Positions 10,272-20,832 of a stretch of 64,000 nucleotides of DNA are shown here, piece after piece (the stretch's first letter is position 1; each line of letters begins with the position of its first letter). The notes beneath the pieces were generated by a model, which had not been told where the DNA came from, made no database searches, and saw only the letters and a list, made by a program, of their open reading frames with translations. Location of the stretch: assembly GCA_963744995.1 (NCBI GenBank), contig CAVUWA010000009.1, positions 192,001-256,000 of the forward strand, read 5' to 3'. A program made the position numbers and the translations under genes. This DNA is from Candidatus Eiseniibacteriota bacterium. GTDB taxonomy: Bacteria > Eisenbacteria > RBG-16-71-46.

Positions 10272-11963
10272 GTGCAGGAAGACATCGGACAGAAGCTGCT
10301 CGACGCGCATCTGATCGACAAGAACGCTCTCGACAAGGCCGCGCTCCAGCAGAAGAACGTCGGCGGCTCGATCGCGGGGAATCTCGTCAAGATCGGTGCG
10401 ATCAGCGAAGAGGCGATGCTGGAGTTCCTCTCGCGCCAGTACAACGTCCCGTCGATCGACCTCACCAGCTTCGAACCCGACACGACGTTGACGCGGCTGC
10501 TGCCGGGCGACGTGGCGACCAAGTTCATGGCGCTGCCGGTGTCGCGCAGCGGGCGCCAGCTCGTGGTCGCGATGGCCAACCCGAGCAACATCTTCGCGCT
10601 CGACGACATCAAGTTCATCACCGGTTACGAGGTCGACGCACGCGTGGCCGTCGAAGCCACGCTCAAGAAGGCGATCGACCGTGCCTACGACTCCGCCGGC
10701 ACCATGGCGGACGTGATGAAGGGGATGGAGGACGAGCTCTCGGTCGTCGAGGAGGAGGAGGACGACCTCGAGGGCGGCCTCGCCGGAATGGACGAGGCGC
10801 CGATCGTCAAGCTCGTGAACTCGCTGATCTCCGACGCGGTGCGCAAGGGCGCGTCGGACATCCACATCGAGCCGTATGAAAAGTCCATGCGCGTGCGCTT
10901 CCGCATCGACGGCGTCCTTCAGGAAATGATGTCCCCGCCGTTCAAGTTCAAGGCCGCCATCCTTTCGCGCCTCAAGATCATGGCCGAGCTCGACATCGCC
11001 GAGCGCCGGATCCCGCAGGACGGGCGCATCAAGATCAAGGTCCTGAACCGCACCATCGATCTGCGCGTCTCCAGCCTGCCGACGATCTTCGGCGAGAAGA
11101 TCGTGATGCGAATCCTCGACAAGACGAACCTCAACGTCGATCTCGAGAAGCTGGGCTTCGAGCCCAAGTCGATGGAGGAGTTCGTCCACGCGATCGCCAA
11201 TCCGTACGGCATGGTGCTGGTCACCGGGCCGACCGGTTCGGGCAAGACGACCTCGCTGTATTCCGCGCTGTCGCGCGTCAATACCCCCGAAGTGAACGTG
11301 ATGACCGCCGAGGACCCGGTCGAGTACAACCTCGACGGCATCAATCAGGTGCTCGTCAACGACGACGTCGGACTCAGCTTCGCTGCGGCGCTCAAGGCGT
11401 TCCTGCGCCAGGACCCGAACATCATCATGGTCGGCGAGATCCGCGACATCGAGACCGCGTCGATCGCCGTCAAGGCGGCGCTGACCGGTCACCTGGTGCT
11501 TTCGACCCTGCACACCAACGACGCCCCGAGCGCGATCGGCCGCATGATCGACATGGGCGTCGAGCCGTTCCTGGTCGCGTCGTCGGTGAACCTGATCCTG
11601 GCCCAGCGCCTGGTGCGCAAGGTCTGCCAGAACTGCAAGGAGCAGATCGAGCTGCCCGACGAGGTGCTGCGCGAACTGCAGATGACGCACGAGGAGGCGG
11701 CCGGCGCCACGATCCTCAAGGGCAACGGCTGCATCGAGTGCAACGGCACCGGCTACCGGGGCCGCCAGGGGGTGTACGAGGTCATGCCGATGACCTCCAG
11801 GTTGCGGGACCTCGTGCTGGACCGTTCGTCGGCCAACGAGATCAAGAAGACCGCGATCGACGAGGGCATGCTCACCCTCAGGCGCGACGCGCTCGAGAAG
11901 CTCAAGCGCGGTCTCACCTCGGTGGCGGAAGTGCTGAAGGAAACGGCGGCCGACAAGTTGTAG
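10272..11963 (+). CDS. pilB: Type IV pilus assembly ATPase
   Basis: GTG start after GAGG. Motifs ASDIHIEP, GPTGSGKTT, LRQDPNIIMVGEIRD, and a tetracysteine Zn motif. Confidence 0.96.
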   Translation: MQEDIGQKLLDAHLIDKNALDKAALQQKNVGGSIAGNLVKIGAISEEAMLEFLSRQYNVPSIDLTSFEPDTTLTRLLPGDVATKFMALPVSRSGRQLVVAMANPSNIFALDDIKFITGYEVDARVAVEATLKKAIDRAYDSAGTMADVMKGMEDELSVVEEEEDDLEGGLAGMDEAPIVKLVNSLISDAVRKGASDIHIEPYEKSMRVRFRIDGVLQEMMSPPFKFKAAILSRLKIMAELDIAERRIPQDGRIKIKVLNRTIDLRVSSLPTIFGEKIVMRILDKTNLNVDLEKLGFEPKSMEEFVHAIANPYGMVLVTGPTGSGKTTSLYSALSRVNTPEVNVMTAEDPVEYNLDGINQVLVNDDVGLSFAAALKAFLRQDPNIIMVGEIRDIETASIAVKAALTGHLVLSTLHTNDAPSAIGRMIDMGVEPFLVASSVNLILAQRLVRKVCQNCKEQIELPDEVLRELQMTHEEAAGATILKGNGCIECNGTGYRGRQGVYEVMPMTSRLRDLVLDRSSANEIKKTAIDEGMLTLRRDALEKLKRGLTSVAEVLKETAADKL

Positions 11964-12020
11964 ACGCGACGTCCGATCAACGGGCGCCGCGCCTCGGGCG
12001 CGGAGCCAGAAGGAGCAAAT

Positions 12021-13097
12021 GTGGTGACTCTTCGTCAACTGCTCGAGGACATGGTGCAGCGCGGCGCGTCCGACCTGCACATCACGGCCGGCGTCCCGCC
12101 GGAGTTCCGGATCGACGGCGTCATCACGCCGAGCGAGTACGAGGTCCTGACGCCGGAGGTCACGGCTTCACTCGCCTACAGCGTGCTCTCGGACGAGCAG
12201 CGCAAGCGCTTCGAGACCACGCGCGAGCTGGACTTCTCGTTCGGCGTCAAGGGTCTGTGCCGCTACCGCGCGAACGTGTTCCTGCAGCGCGGCGTGGTGT
12301 CGATGGCGATCCGGCAGATTCCCTACGAGATCAGGCCGATGGAAGAACTCGGTCTGCCGCCGGTCGTCAAGGAGTTCACGACCAAGCAGAAGGGCCTCGT
12401 GCTGCTCACCGGCCCGACCGGCAGCGGCAAGTCCACGACGCTGGCCTCGATGCTCGACCGGATCAATGCCTCGCGCCAGTGCCACATCATGACGATCGAG
12501 GATCCGATCGAGTACATCCACCAGCACAAGCGCTCGATCATCAACCAGCGTGAAGTGGGCGCGGACACCAACTCGTTCCCCACCGCCCTCAAGTACGTCC
12601 TGCGCCAGGACCCGGACATCATCCTCATCGGCGAGATGCGCGACCTCGAGACCATCGAGGCGGCGCTGACGATCGCCGAGACCGGCCACCTGGTGTTCGC
12701 CACGCTGCACACCAACTCGACCTACGAGGCGGTCAACCGCATCGTCGACGTGTTCCCGTCGGACCAGCAGCGGCAGATCTATACGCAGCTGGCGTTCGTG
12801 CTCGAAGGCGTCGTCACGCAGCAGTTGATCCCGCGCAGCCGGGGCACGGGCCGGGTGATGTGCGCCGAGGTGCTGGTGTGCACGCCGGCGATCCGCGCGG
12901 TGATCCGCGAGGGCAAGACGCATCAGATCTACAGCCTCATGCAGGCCGGAATGAAGTTCGGAATGCAGACCATGAATCAGGCGCTTCTGCAGGCGGTGCT
13001 CGATCGGGCACTGTCCCCGGATGGCGCCCTCGAGCGCAGCGCGGATCGTGTCGAGCTGGAAGGGATGCTCGCCAAGGTCCTGAAGCACGCCGCCTAG
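12021..13097 (+). CDS. pilT: Type IV pilus retraction ATPase
   Basis: Motifs ASDLHI, GPTGSGKSTT, AETGHLVFATLHT, AIRAVIREGK (AIRNLIRE-like) and GMQTMNQ. Confidence 0.96.
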   Translation: MVTLRQLLEDMVQRGASDLHITAGVPPEFRIDGVITPSEYEVLTPEVTASLAYSVLSDEQRKRFETTRELDFSFGVKGLCRYRANVFLQRGVVSMAIRQIPYEIRPMEELGLPPVVKEFTTKQKGLVLLTGPTGSGKSTTLASMLDRINASRQCHIMTIEDPIEYIHQHKRSIINQREVGADTNSFPTALKYVLRQDPDIILIGEMRDLETIEAALTIAETGHLVFATLHTNSTYEAVNRIVDVFPSDQQRQIYTQLAFVLEGVVTQQLIPRSRGTGRVMCAEVLVCTPAIRAVIREGKTHQIYSLMQAGMKFGMQTMNQALLQAVLDRALSPDGALERSADRVELEGMLAKVLKHAA

Positions 13098-13107
13098 GAG
13101 AGACGCC

Positions 13108-14323
13108 ATGCCCGTTTATGTCTGGAAAGGCCGCACGCTCGCCGGTGAGGCGCAGTCCGGCGAAATCGAAGTGTCGCGCCAGGAAGAGGCCCTCGAGGTC
13201 CTGCGCAAGAAGAAGGTGCTCGTCACCGCGCTCAAACCGAAAGGCGGCTTCAAGATGCCGCAGTTCGGCGGGTCCGGAATCAGCACCAAGGACCTCGCGA
13301 TCTTCACGCGGCAGTTCGCCACGATGATCTCGGCGGGGCTGCCGCTCGTCCAGTGTCTCGACATTCTCGCCAAGCAGGCCTCCAAGCCCTCGTTCGGGCG
13401 GGTGATCGGCGAGGTCACGCGCGAGGTCGAATCCGGCTCCACGCTGTCCGATGCGCTCGGCAAACACCGGAACGTGTTCGACGACCTGTTCCGCAACATG
13501 GTCGCGGCCGGCGAGGCCGGCGGCGTGCTGGACGAGATCCTGATGCGTCTGGCGACCTACATCGAAAAGGCCGACGCCCTGAAGCGCAAGGTGCAGAGCG
13601 CGCTCGTGTACCCCGGCGTCGTGCTCACGGTGGCGATGGGCGCCACCGCGTTCATGCTCGTGTTCATCATCCCGACCTTCGCCAAGATGTTCTCGGACTT
13701 CGGCGGTGAGCTCCCGCTGCCGACCAAGATCGTGCTCGGCGCGTCGCACTTCCTGACGTCGTTCTGGTGGGCGATGATCCTGGCGATCGTCGGCGGCATC
13801 TTCGCCTTCACGCGCTACTACGCCACCGAGAACGGCAAGCGTGTCGATCGACCAGTTCATGCTCAAGTTCCCGGTGATCGGCGACGTGCTCCTGAAGGGC
13901 GCGGTGGCGCGCTTCACCCGGACGCTCGGCACCCTGATCTCCTCGGGCGTGCCGATCCTGTCGGGGCTGGAAATCACGGCCCGCACGTCGGGCAACAAGG
14001 TGATCGCGGAAGCGATCATGGAAGCACGCGCCTCGATTCGTGAAGGTGAAACCGTGGCCGCGCCGCTCAAGGCCTCCGGGGTGTTTCCGCCGATGGTGGT
14101 GCAGATGATCTCGGTGGGCGAGCAGACCGGCGCCCTCGACGAGATGCTCACCAAGATCGCGGTGTTCTACGAGTCCGAGGTCGACACGGCCGTGGACACG
14201 CTCACCTCGATCATCGAGCCCGTGATGATCGTCATCATGGGCGGCATCGTCGGCGGCATGGTGGTCGCCATGTATCTGCCGATGTTCAAGCTCATCAGCG
14301 TCGTCGCCGGCGGCAACGGCTGA
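13108..14323 (+). CDS. pilC: Type IV pilus platform protein (one +1 frameshift near 13845)
   Basis: Two GspF domains split over ORFs 13108-14043 and 13841-14323. Removing one base restores KRVIDQFMLK. Confidence 0.9.
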
Positions 14324-16002
14324 TGACCGCGCGCGATCCGCAGCCGGCCGGGACTCCGGCCGTTCCGGCCGTGGAGCCGAGGGCGTGGGACGCCCTGGCC
14401 TCGCTGGTCCGGTCGCGGCTGCTGGTCGGTACGGTGGCCATTCCGATGGTCCTGCTGCTGCGGCCGGACGCGGAAGCGGCACCGCTGTCGCTGGTGCTGG
14501 GCGCGTTCGCCGCGCTGTTCGTGATGTCCGCGGCCTACGCACTGGGGATCCGCTGGCGGCGCGCGACTGGAGGCGCAGATCTACATCCAGCTCGCGGCCG
14601 ATCTCGCGGCGATCACGATGCTCGCCGGCTGGAGCGGCGGGCAGGACAGCCAGTTCACGCTGTTCTTCGCGCTGGTGGTGATCGCCGGCGGGGTGGTCGG
14701 CCGCATGGCCGGCGGGCTGTTCGCGGCGGCGGGCGCCTGCGCGGCGTTCCTCTCGCTGCCGTGGGTGACGCTGGCGCTGACCGGCACCGTTTCCGGGATC
14801 AGTGAAGGCATGCCACGGCCCGGCGTGACCGTCGCGTTTCTGGTGATCGTCGGCGTGCTGGCCGGCGTGCTCGGCCAGCGCGTCCAGCACGCCGATGCGG
14901 CGCTGGCGCGCACCGCGCGCGAGCTGGATCGGGTACGCGTCGACAACGATGCGATCCTGCGCCACCTGACGACCGGCGTCTTCACCGCCGACGCCGCAGG
15001 CCGCGTGTCGTACATGAACCCGGCGGCCGAGCACGTGCTCGGCGTGCGGTTCGCCGACGCCGAGGGCCGGGTGCTCGAGGAGGCGCTGCCGGAGCGCCTC
15101 ATGGGGCTCACGCGGATCATGCGCGAGACGCTCGACGGTCGCGCGCCGCGCGCGCGCGTCGAGCTGAACCTCGCGACCGCGCCGGGGCGCCCGCTGCCGC
15201 TCGGCGCCTCCACCAGTCTGCTCGTGCACGACTCGCACGACCCGGGCGTGGTCGCCGTGTTCCAGGACCTGACCGACGTCCGCGAGATGGAGCGCCGCAT
15301 GCGCCGCTCGGAGACGCTGGCCGAGGTCGGCGCCCTTGCGGCGGGCATCGCCCACGAGCTGCGCAACGGTCTGAACCCGATCAGCGGCTCGGTCGAATGC
15401 CTGCAGCGCGAAATGAAGCTCGAAGGCGAGAACGCGGTCCTCATGGATCTGATCTCGCGCGAGAGCCAGCGGCTCAACCGCTTCGTCACCGACCTGCTGA
15501 GCTATTCACGGGAGCGCGATCTGGCGCTCGAGCCGGTCCACCTCGGCGATCACCTCGCCGAAGTCTGCGAGATGGTGTCGCACGACCCGCGCCGCCCGGA
15601 CGGGCGTGCGCGTACGGATCGAGCCGGGGCTTGCCGGATGTGGCGGTGCGGATGGACGCCGAGCAGATGCGGCAGGTGTGGTTGAACCTCGCCTCGAACG
15701 CCTTCCAGGCGGTCGGCGCCGAGGGGGATGTGACGATCCGGTGGCGTGATGGCGGGAGCGATCAGGTCATCGTCGAGTTTTCGGACAATGGACCCGGCAT
15801 CGCGGCGGAGCACCTGCCGCACGTCGGTCAGCCTTTTTTCACGACCAAGGAAGGTGGCACCGGTCTCGGACTGGCGATCGCACAGCGCATCGTCGAACGG
15901 CACGGAGGCGCGCTCACGCTGCACGGCGCCCCCGGCGGCGGCACGGCCGTTCGCGTCGCGCTCGTGAAGTCGCCCGACCCCGTCGCGCAGGCGGCGGCCT
16001 GA
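14323..16002 (+). CDS. pilS: PilS-like membrane sensor histidine kinase (three +1 frameshifts near 14566, 15603 and 15627)
   Basis: TM region, PAS domain, AHELRNGL H-box, NLASNA, DNGPG, FFTTKEGGTGLGL. Lies between pilC and the NtrC-type regulator. Confidence 0.85.
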
Positions 16003-16040
16003 TTCCGGTTCACGCGGACACCAGAGAGAGGTAGCAATCC

Positions 16041-17460
16041 ATGCCGGCTCACAAGATTCTGATCGTGGACGACGAACAGAGCATGGCTCAGTTCCTGGCG
16101 ATCGTCCTCCGCAAGGAGGGCTACGAGGTCGCCACACGTGAACAACGGCCGTGACGCCCTCGAGAAGGTCAAGGGGGAGACGTTCGACGTGGTCATTACG
16201 GACATCAAGATGCCCGGCATGAACGGCATCCAGGTGCTCGAGGGGATCAAGAAGCTCGATCCCGGCCTTCCGGTCGTCATCATGACCGCATACGCCTCGC
16301 AGCAGTCCGCGATCGACGCCGTCAATCTGGGCGCCTTCCAGTACCTCATCAAGAATGCGAAGAACGACGAGATCAAGCTCGTCGTGCGCAACGCGCTGGA
16401 GATGCGGCGGGTGAAGACGGAGAACCAGTACCTGAAGCGCGAGCTCAAGCGCGGCCACGAGGAGAAGACGATCATCGGCTCCTCGGAGGAGATGGCGCGG
16501 GTCTTCAAGATGGTCGAAAAGGTCGCCGACAGCGACGCGACGATCATGATCCAGGGCGAGAGCGGCACCGGCAAGGAGCTGTTCGCCCGTGAGATCCACT
16601 ACAGCAGCCGCCGGGCCCAGGGGCCGTTCGTGAGCATCAACTGCGGCGCCATTCCGCGCGATCTGCTGGAGAGCAACCTGTTCGGGCACGTGAAGGGTTC
16701 GTTCACGGGCGCCGTGCGCGACGCGCAGGGCCTGTTCCAGGTCGCCGAGGGCGGCACGTTCTTTCTCGACGAGGTCGGCGAGATGCCGCTCTCGACGCAG
16801 GTGAAGCTGCTGCGCGCCCTTCAGGAACGGGAAATCATCCCGGTCGGCGGCACGACCCCGATCAAGATCGACTGCCGCCTGGTGGCCGCGACCAATGCCG
16901 ACCTCGAGAAGGAGGTCGCCGAGGGCCGCTTCCGCGCCGATCTGTTCTACCGCCTGAACGTGATCCCGATCCGGCTGCCGGCCCTGCGCCAGCGCCGCGA
17001 CGACATTCCGCTCCTGGTCGACCACTTCCTCAAGCGCCATGCGCAGAACGGCGTGATCAAGACGGTGGGGAAGGAAGCGATGGAGATCCTCATCAAGTAC
17101 GACTGGCCCGGCAACGTGCGCGAGCTCGAAAACGTGATGGAGCGCGCCCTGGTGCTCGACGAAGGCGGCCAGATCGGCCCCGAGGACCTGCCCGAGAAGA
17201 TCCGTTTCGGCCAGCAGCAGCGTGGGAGCCTGATCATCGACTCGCCGACCCTGACGCTCGAGGACCTGGAGCGCGAGTACATCCTCAAGGTGCTCAACTA
17301 CACGCGCTGGCAGAAGAAGCGGGCCAGCGACATCCTGGGCATCAATGCGTCGACCCTCTACCGCAAGCTGATCGCCTACGGCGTGGAGAAGCCGGGAAGC
17401 GACCGGCAGCAGGACGCGGACGAGCCGCGTGACGAGTCGCCCGAAGCGCACGCCGCCTGA
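16041..17460 (+). CDS. pilR: Sigma54-dependent response regulator, PilR/NtrC family (+1 frameshift near 16136)
   Basis: [12 protein letters not shown] from ATG 16041 joins ORF 16138. Motifs [33 protein letters not shown] and a Fis-type HTH. Confidence 0.88.
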
Positions 17461-17480
17461 GGCGACCCCGGACCGACGCG

Positions 17481-17511
17481 ACGCCCCGGCCCCGAGGGCC
17501 GGGGCGTTTTG
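17481..17511 (+). terminator. Intrinsic terminator after pilR
   Basis: Stem ACGCCCCGGCCC/GGGCCGGGGCGT followed by a T-run. Confidence 0.75.
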
Positions 17512-17679
17512 CGTTGTGCACGAAACGGGCGGCACGCATGCAGATTGCGATTCGCAGCATTGCGGCGGATGAAGATTGCCCGGAGCACGACGCCGAGGGG
17601 TACGGGGCGCCACCGGGATCCCACCTGCATGGCGTTGCGGGGCAATGGATTCCGGGGCGTGGCAGGCGGATCCGCCACG

Positions 17680-17695
17680 TGGCACACCGGTTGCA
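17680..17695 (+). promoter_or_regulatory. Sigma54 -24/-12 promoter of the first pilin
   Basis: TGGCAC-ACCGG-TTGCA, 70 bp upstream of the ATG. Confidence 0.85.
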
Positions 17696-17765
17696 CAACC
17701 GATAGACCGAGGGTCCGAACCCAGACGAATTCGACCCGGTGTCCAACCCAGGAGGAGTGCCCGTC

Positions 17766-18198
17766 ATGTTCAAGTCGCAGAAAGGCTTCACCCTGATCGA
17801 GCTGATGATCGTGGTCGTGATCATCGGCATCCTCGCGGCGATCGCGATTCCGAACTTCATCGCGATGCAGAACCGCGCGAAGGAAGGCAGCACGAAGGCC
17901 AACATGCACACCTTCCAGCTGTCGGCCGAAGACTACGGCGTGCAGTGGGACGGCGTGTACGCCGCGGACGCTGCGACGATCGAGCCGATGCTGCCGCAGG
18001 CCGGCACGACCTTCAAGAATCCGTTCGACCAGACCACCGGCGTCGGCGGTTCGTGGGAAGATCGCCCCAGCACGCTGACCGCCTGCACCGCGACCTCCGG
18101 GCATCACGAGCTACGCCGACACCAGCCAGGCCAGCTACAACATCAAGGGCTATGGCAAGGCTGCCGCGCTGACCCTCGTCCTGACGGCCGGAACGTAA
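17766..18198 (+). CDS. pilA: Type IVa pilin 1, probable major pilin (+1 frameshift near 18100)
   Basis: AGGAGG RBS and MFKSQKG|FTLIELMIVV. Removing one G at 18099-18101 gives ...SGITSYADTSQASYNIKGYGKAAALTLVLTAGT* ending just before a terminator. Confidence 0.88.
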
Positions 18199-18220
18199 TC
18201 CCCGCAGCGCACCGCAACTC

Positions 18221-18259
18221 GAGCGGGGGTGGGAGCGATCCCACCCCCGCTTCGTCTTT
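18221..18259 (+). terminator. Intrinsic terminator after pilin 1
   Basis: GAGCGGGGGTGGGA-GCGA-TCCCACCCCCGCTT followed by CGTCTTT. Confidence 0.8.
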
Positions 18260-18406
18260 CAGGGGCCGCCGGTGAGCGCGTGCATCCTGCACGGGCGCCC
18301 CGAATGTGCAACGCGCGGCGGGAATCGGTACGCCGCGCGGCGACCGGCTCTGCCCCCAACTCGCCATGCCGCATGGAGATCACGGACGCGGTCCGTGCCG
18401 TGCACG

Positions 18407-18422
18407 TGGCACGAACGTTGCA
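18407..18422 (+). promoter_or_regulatory. Sigma54 promoter of the second pilin
   Basis: TGGCAC-GAACG-TTGCA. Confidence 0.85.
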
Positions 18423-18464
18423 ATTTGTTCGAGGCATGAGAGTCCGATGCCATCTGGAGGAGTC

Positions 18465-18908
18465 GTGAATCGTTCGAAGCGCCACAACCGCGGGTTCACG
18501 CTGATCGAGCTGATGATCGTGGTCGCGATCCTCGGGGTGCTCGCTGCGATCGCGATTCCCAACTTCATCGCGATGGAGCGGCGCGCCCAGGAGGGCGCGG
18601 TCAAGGCCAACATGCACACCGTGCAGGTGTCCATGGAGGACTTCTCGATCCAGAACGATGGCAACTACGCGACCTCGGCGACCAGTGCGCTGCCCGACGG
18701 CCGGACGCTGGCGCAGGTGTGTCCGATGGGCAACTATCCGGAGAACCCCTTCACCAAGCTGCCGAGCGTGGTGAACTTCAACGCCAACCCCGGCGCCGGC
18801 ATGCCCGGCGAGCTCGGCTTCAATCCGGCGCTGACCACGAGTTACCTGCTGAAAGGGAACGGCCCGGAGGGCGACACCCTCCGGCTCACCCTCACCACCG
18901 GTCAGTGA
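18465..18908 (+). CDS. Type IVa pilin 2 (paralog of pilin 1)
   Basis: GGAGGAG RBS, GTG start, RG|FTLIELMIVVAILGVLAAIAIPNF. Shares KANMHT and NPF motifs with pilin 1. Confidence 0.9.
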   Translation: MNRSKRHNRGFTLIELMIVVAILGVLAAIAIPNFIAMERRAQEGAVKANMHTVQVSMEDFSIQNDGNYATSATSALPDGRTLAQVCPMGNYPENPFTKLPSVVNFNANPGAGMPGELGFNPALTTSYLLKGNGPEGDTLRLTLTTGQ

Positions 18909-18926
18909 CGCGGCCGCCGCGCCCTG

Positions 18927-18942
18927 CGGCACGCGCGTTGCA
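18927..18942 (+). promoter_or_regulatory. Putative sigma54 promoter of the ABC operon
   Basis: CGGCAC-GCGCG-TTGCA. Confidence 0.6.
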
Positions 18943-19027
18943 ATCTGCATGACCCGCGGCGCCCCTTCCGGCGCGCCCGGCGCGCCATGACGCGCCGCAC
19001 CAATGGATTGGAACCTCCGGGGGCCCG

Positions 19028-20071
19028 ATGCGAACGCAGGGAACGGTCATTCCGATGTCGGCAGGCGGCGGCGCCGGTCCGAAATCGACCGGCGCCTCAG
19101 CAGCGCCCGCGGGACTTGCGGTTCGCACCGTGGGGCTCAGCAAGCACTACCGCCACCCCTGGACCATGCAGGTCGTGAAGGGGCTCGACGGCCTGGATCT
19201 CGAGGTGCAGCGGGGCGAGGTGTTCGGCTACCTGGGCCCCAACGGTGCCGGCAAGACGACGACGCTCAAGCTGCTCTGCGGCCTGCACCGGCCGACCTCG
19301 GGCGAGGGCTGGCTGTTCGACGTCCCCATCACGGAGGAGGCCAGCCGCCGGCGCATGGGCTTCCTCCCCGAGCACCCGTACTTCTACGATCATCTGAACG
19401 GCGTCGAGTACCTCGAGTTCGCGGCGCGCCTCTCCGGGCTCCACGCCGAGGACGCGCGCCGCCGCGCGCGGCACTGGATCGAGCGCGTCGGGCTGGGCGG
19501 GAAGGAGAAGGTCAGCCTGCGCAAGTACTCGAAGGGGATGCTGCAGCGCATCGGACTCGCGGCCGCCCTCGTCCACGATCCCGAGCTGCTGATCCTCGAC
19601 GAGCCGATGAGCGGGCTCGATCCGTTCGGGCGCCGCGACGTGCGCGACCTGATCCTCGAGCAGCGCGAGCGCGGGGTGACCGTGCTGTTCTCTTCGCACA
19701 TTCTGCCGGACGTCGAGATGATCTGCGACCGCGTCGCGATCCTGCTCGGCGGCCGGCTGCATCGCGTCGCCACGGTCGGCGAGATCGTGCAGGCCAGCGC
19801 GCAGACGGTGGAGATCCGCTGCACCGGCGTGACGATGCTGGTGGTGCCGCCCGAGTGGCAGGACATCGTGAGCCGCCGCGAGCACCCGCACGAGACCGCC
19901 TTCGTGCTCGCCGACGACGCGCGCACGACGCAGGTGCTGCAGTGGCTCACCTCGAAGGGCGTGCAGATCCGCGCGGTGACCCCGCACCGGCCCACGCTCG
20001 AAGAGCTGTTCATGGAGGCGGCGGCGCATGCGAGTTTCGGTGCGCCCGCGAGTGGCGGGGGCCGGTCATGA
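19028..20071 (+). CDS. ABC transporter ATP-binding protein (pilus-associated, Myxococcus PilH-like)
   Basis: Motifs [29 protein letters not shown] and SSH. Start uncertain. Confidence 0.9.
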   Translation: MRTQGTVIPMSAGGGAGPKSTGASAAPAGLAVRTVGLSKHYRHPWTMQVVKGLDGLDLEVQRGEVFGYLGPNGAGKTTTLKLLCGLHRPTSGEGWLFDVPITEEASRRRMGFLPEHPYFYDHLNGVEYLEFAARLSGLHAEDARRRARHWIERVGLGGKEKVSLRKYSKGMLQRIGLAAALVHDPELLILDEPMSGLDPFGRRDVRDLILEQRERGVTVLFSSHILPDVEMICDRVAILLGGRLHRVATVGEIVQASAQTVEIRCTGVTMLVVPPEWQDIVSRREHPHETAFVLADDARTTQVLQWLTSKGVQIRAVTPHRPTLEELFMEAAAHASFGAPASGGGRS

Positions 20072-20832
20072 TCCAGTGGATCATCGCGCAGAATACGTTC
20101 CGCGAGGCGACCCGCGACCGGGTGCTGGCCGGGGTGGTGGCCGGCGGGGTGGTGATGCTGCTCGGCACGCAGGTGCTGAGTCCGCTGGCGATGGGAGAGG
20201 GCTTCCGCCTGACCGTGGACCTCGGGCTCTCGAGCATCTCGGTGCTCGGCATGCTGGTGATCCTGATGGTCGGGACCAATCTGGTCGCGAAGGAGCTCGA
20301 GAAGCGCACCATCTACAACCTGCTGTCACGGCCGATCCCGCGCTGGGCGTACCTGGTCGGCAAGTGGGCGGGGCTCACCGCGACGCTCTGGCTGGTGGCC
20401 GCGCTGCTCGGCGCGGCCCTCACCGGCCTGATGGCGGCGCGCGGCTACCCGGTGCATCCGCTCTCGATCGCCGAGGCCGTCTACCTGGAGGCGCTCGAGC
20501 TGACCGTGATGACGTCGATCGCCGTGTTGTTCTCCGCGTTCTCGACGCCGGTGCTGTCGGCGCTCTACACGCTGGCCTTCTTCGTGGTCGGCCAGTGGAG
20601 CTACGACCTGCGCGCTTTCGCGCGAAAGTTCCCGCCCGCGCTCGGCGCCACGATCAACGCGCTGGCCAACGTGGTTCCCAACCTGCCGGTCTTCAACATC
20701 CGCACGCTGGCGGCGGACGGACAGCTGGCCAGCCCGGCGCACCTCGTGACGGCGTCGCTGTACGCGCTGCTGTACGTGGCGAGCGTGCTGGCGCTGGCCA
20801 CCGCGGTGTTCGAGTCACGGGACTTCAAGTGA
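20068..20832 (+). CDS. ABC transporter permease (PilI-like)
   Basis: [26 protein letters not shown], multiple TM segments, and FESRDF C-terminus. Confidence 0.88.
   Translation: MIQWIIAQNTFREATRDRVLAGVVAGGVVMLLGTQVLSPLAMGEGFRLTVDLGLSSISVLGMLVILMVGTNLVAKELEKRTIYNLLSRPIPRWAYLVGKWAGLTATLWLVAALLGAALTGLMAARGYPVHPLSIAEAVYLEALELTVMTSIAVLFSAFSTPVLSALYTLAFFVVGQWSYDLRAFARKFPPALGATINALANVVPNLPVFNIRTLAADGQLASPAHLVTASLYALLYVASVLALATAVFESRDFK

Noticed and set aside
13840..18105. Programmed frameshifting or phase variation in the pil genes
   Set aside because: The runs are only 3-4 nt with no slippery heptamers, and six independent events are needed. Sequencing error is more parsimonious.
17766..18198. 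Pilin 1 as a conductive e-pilin
   Set aside because: The frameshift-corrected mature pilin has about 12 aromatic residues in 136 aa and is full length. No cytochromes are present in the window, so support is insufficient.
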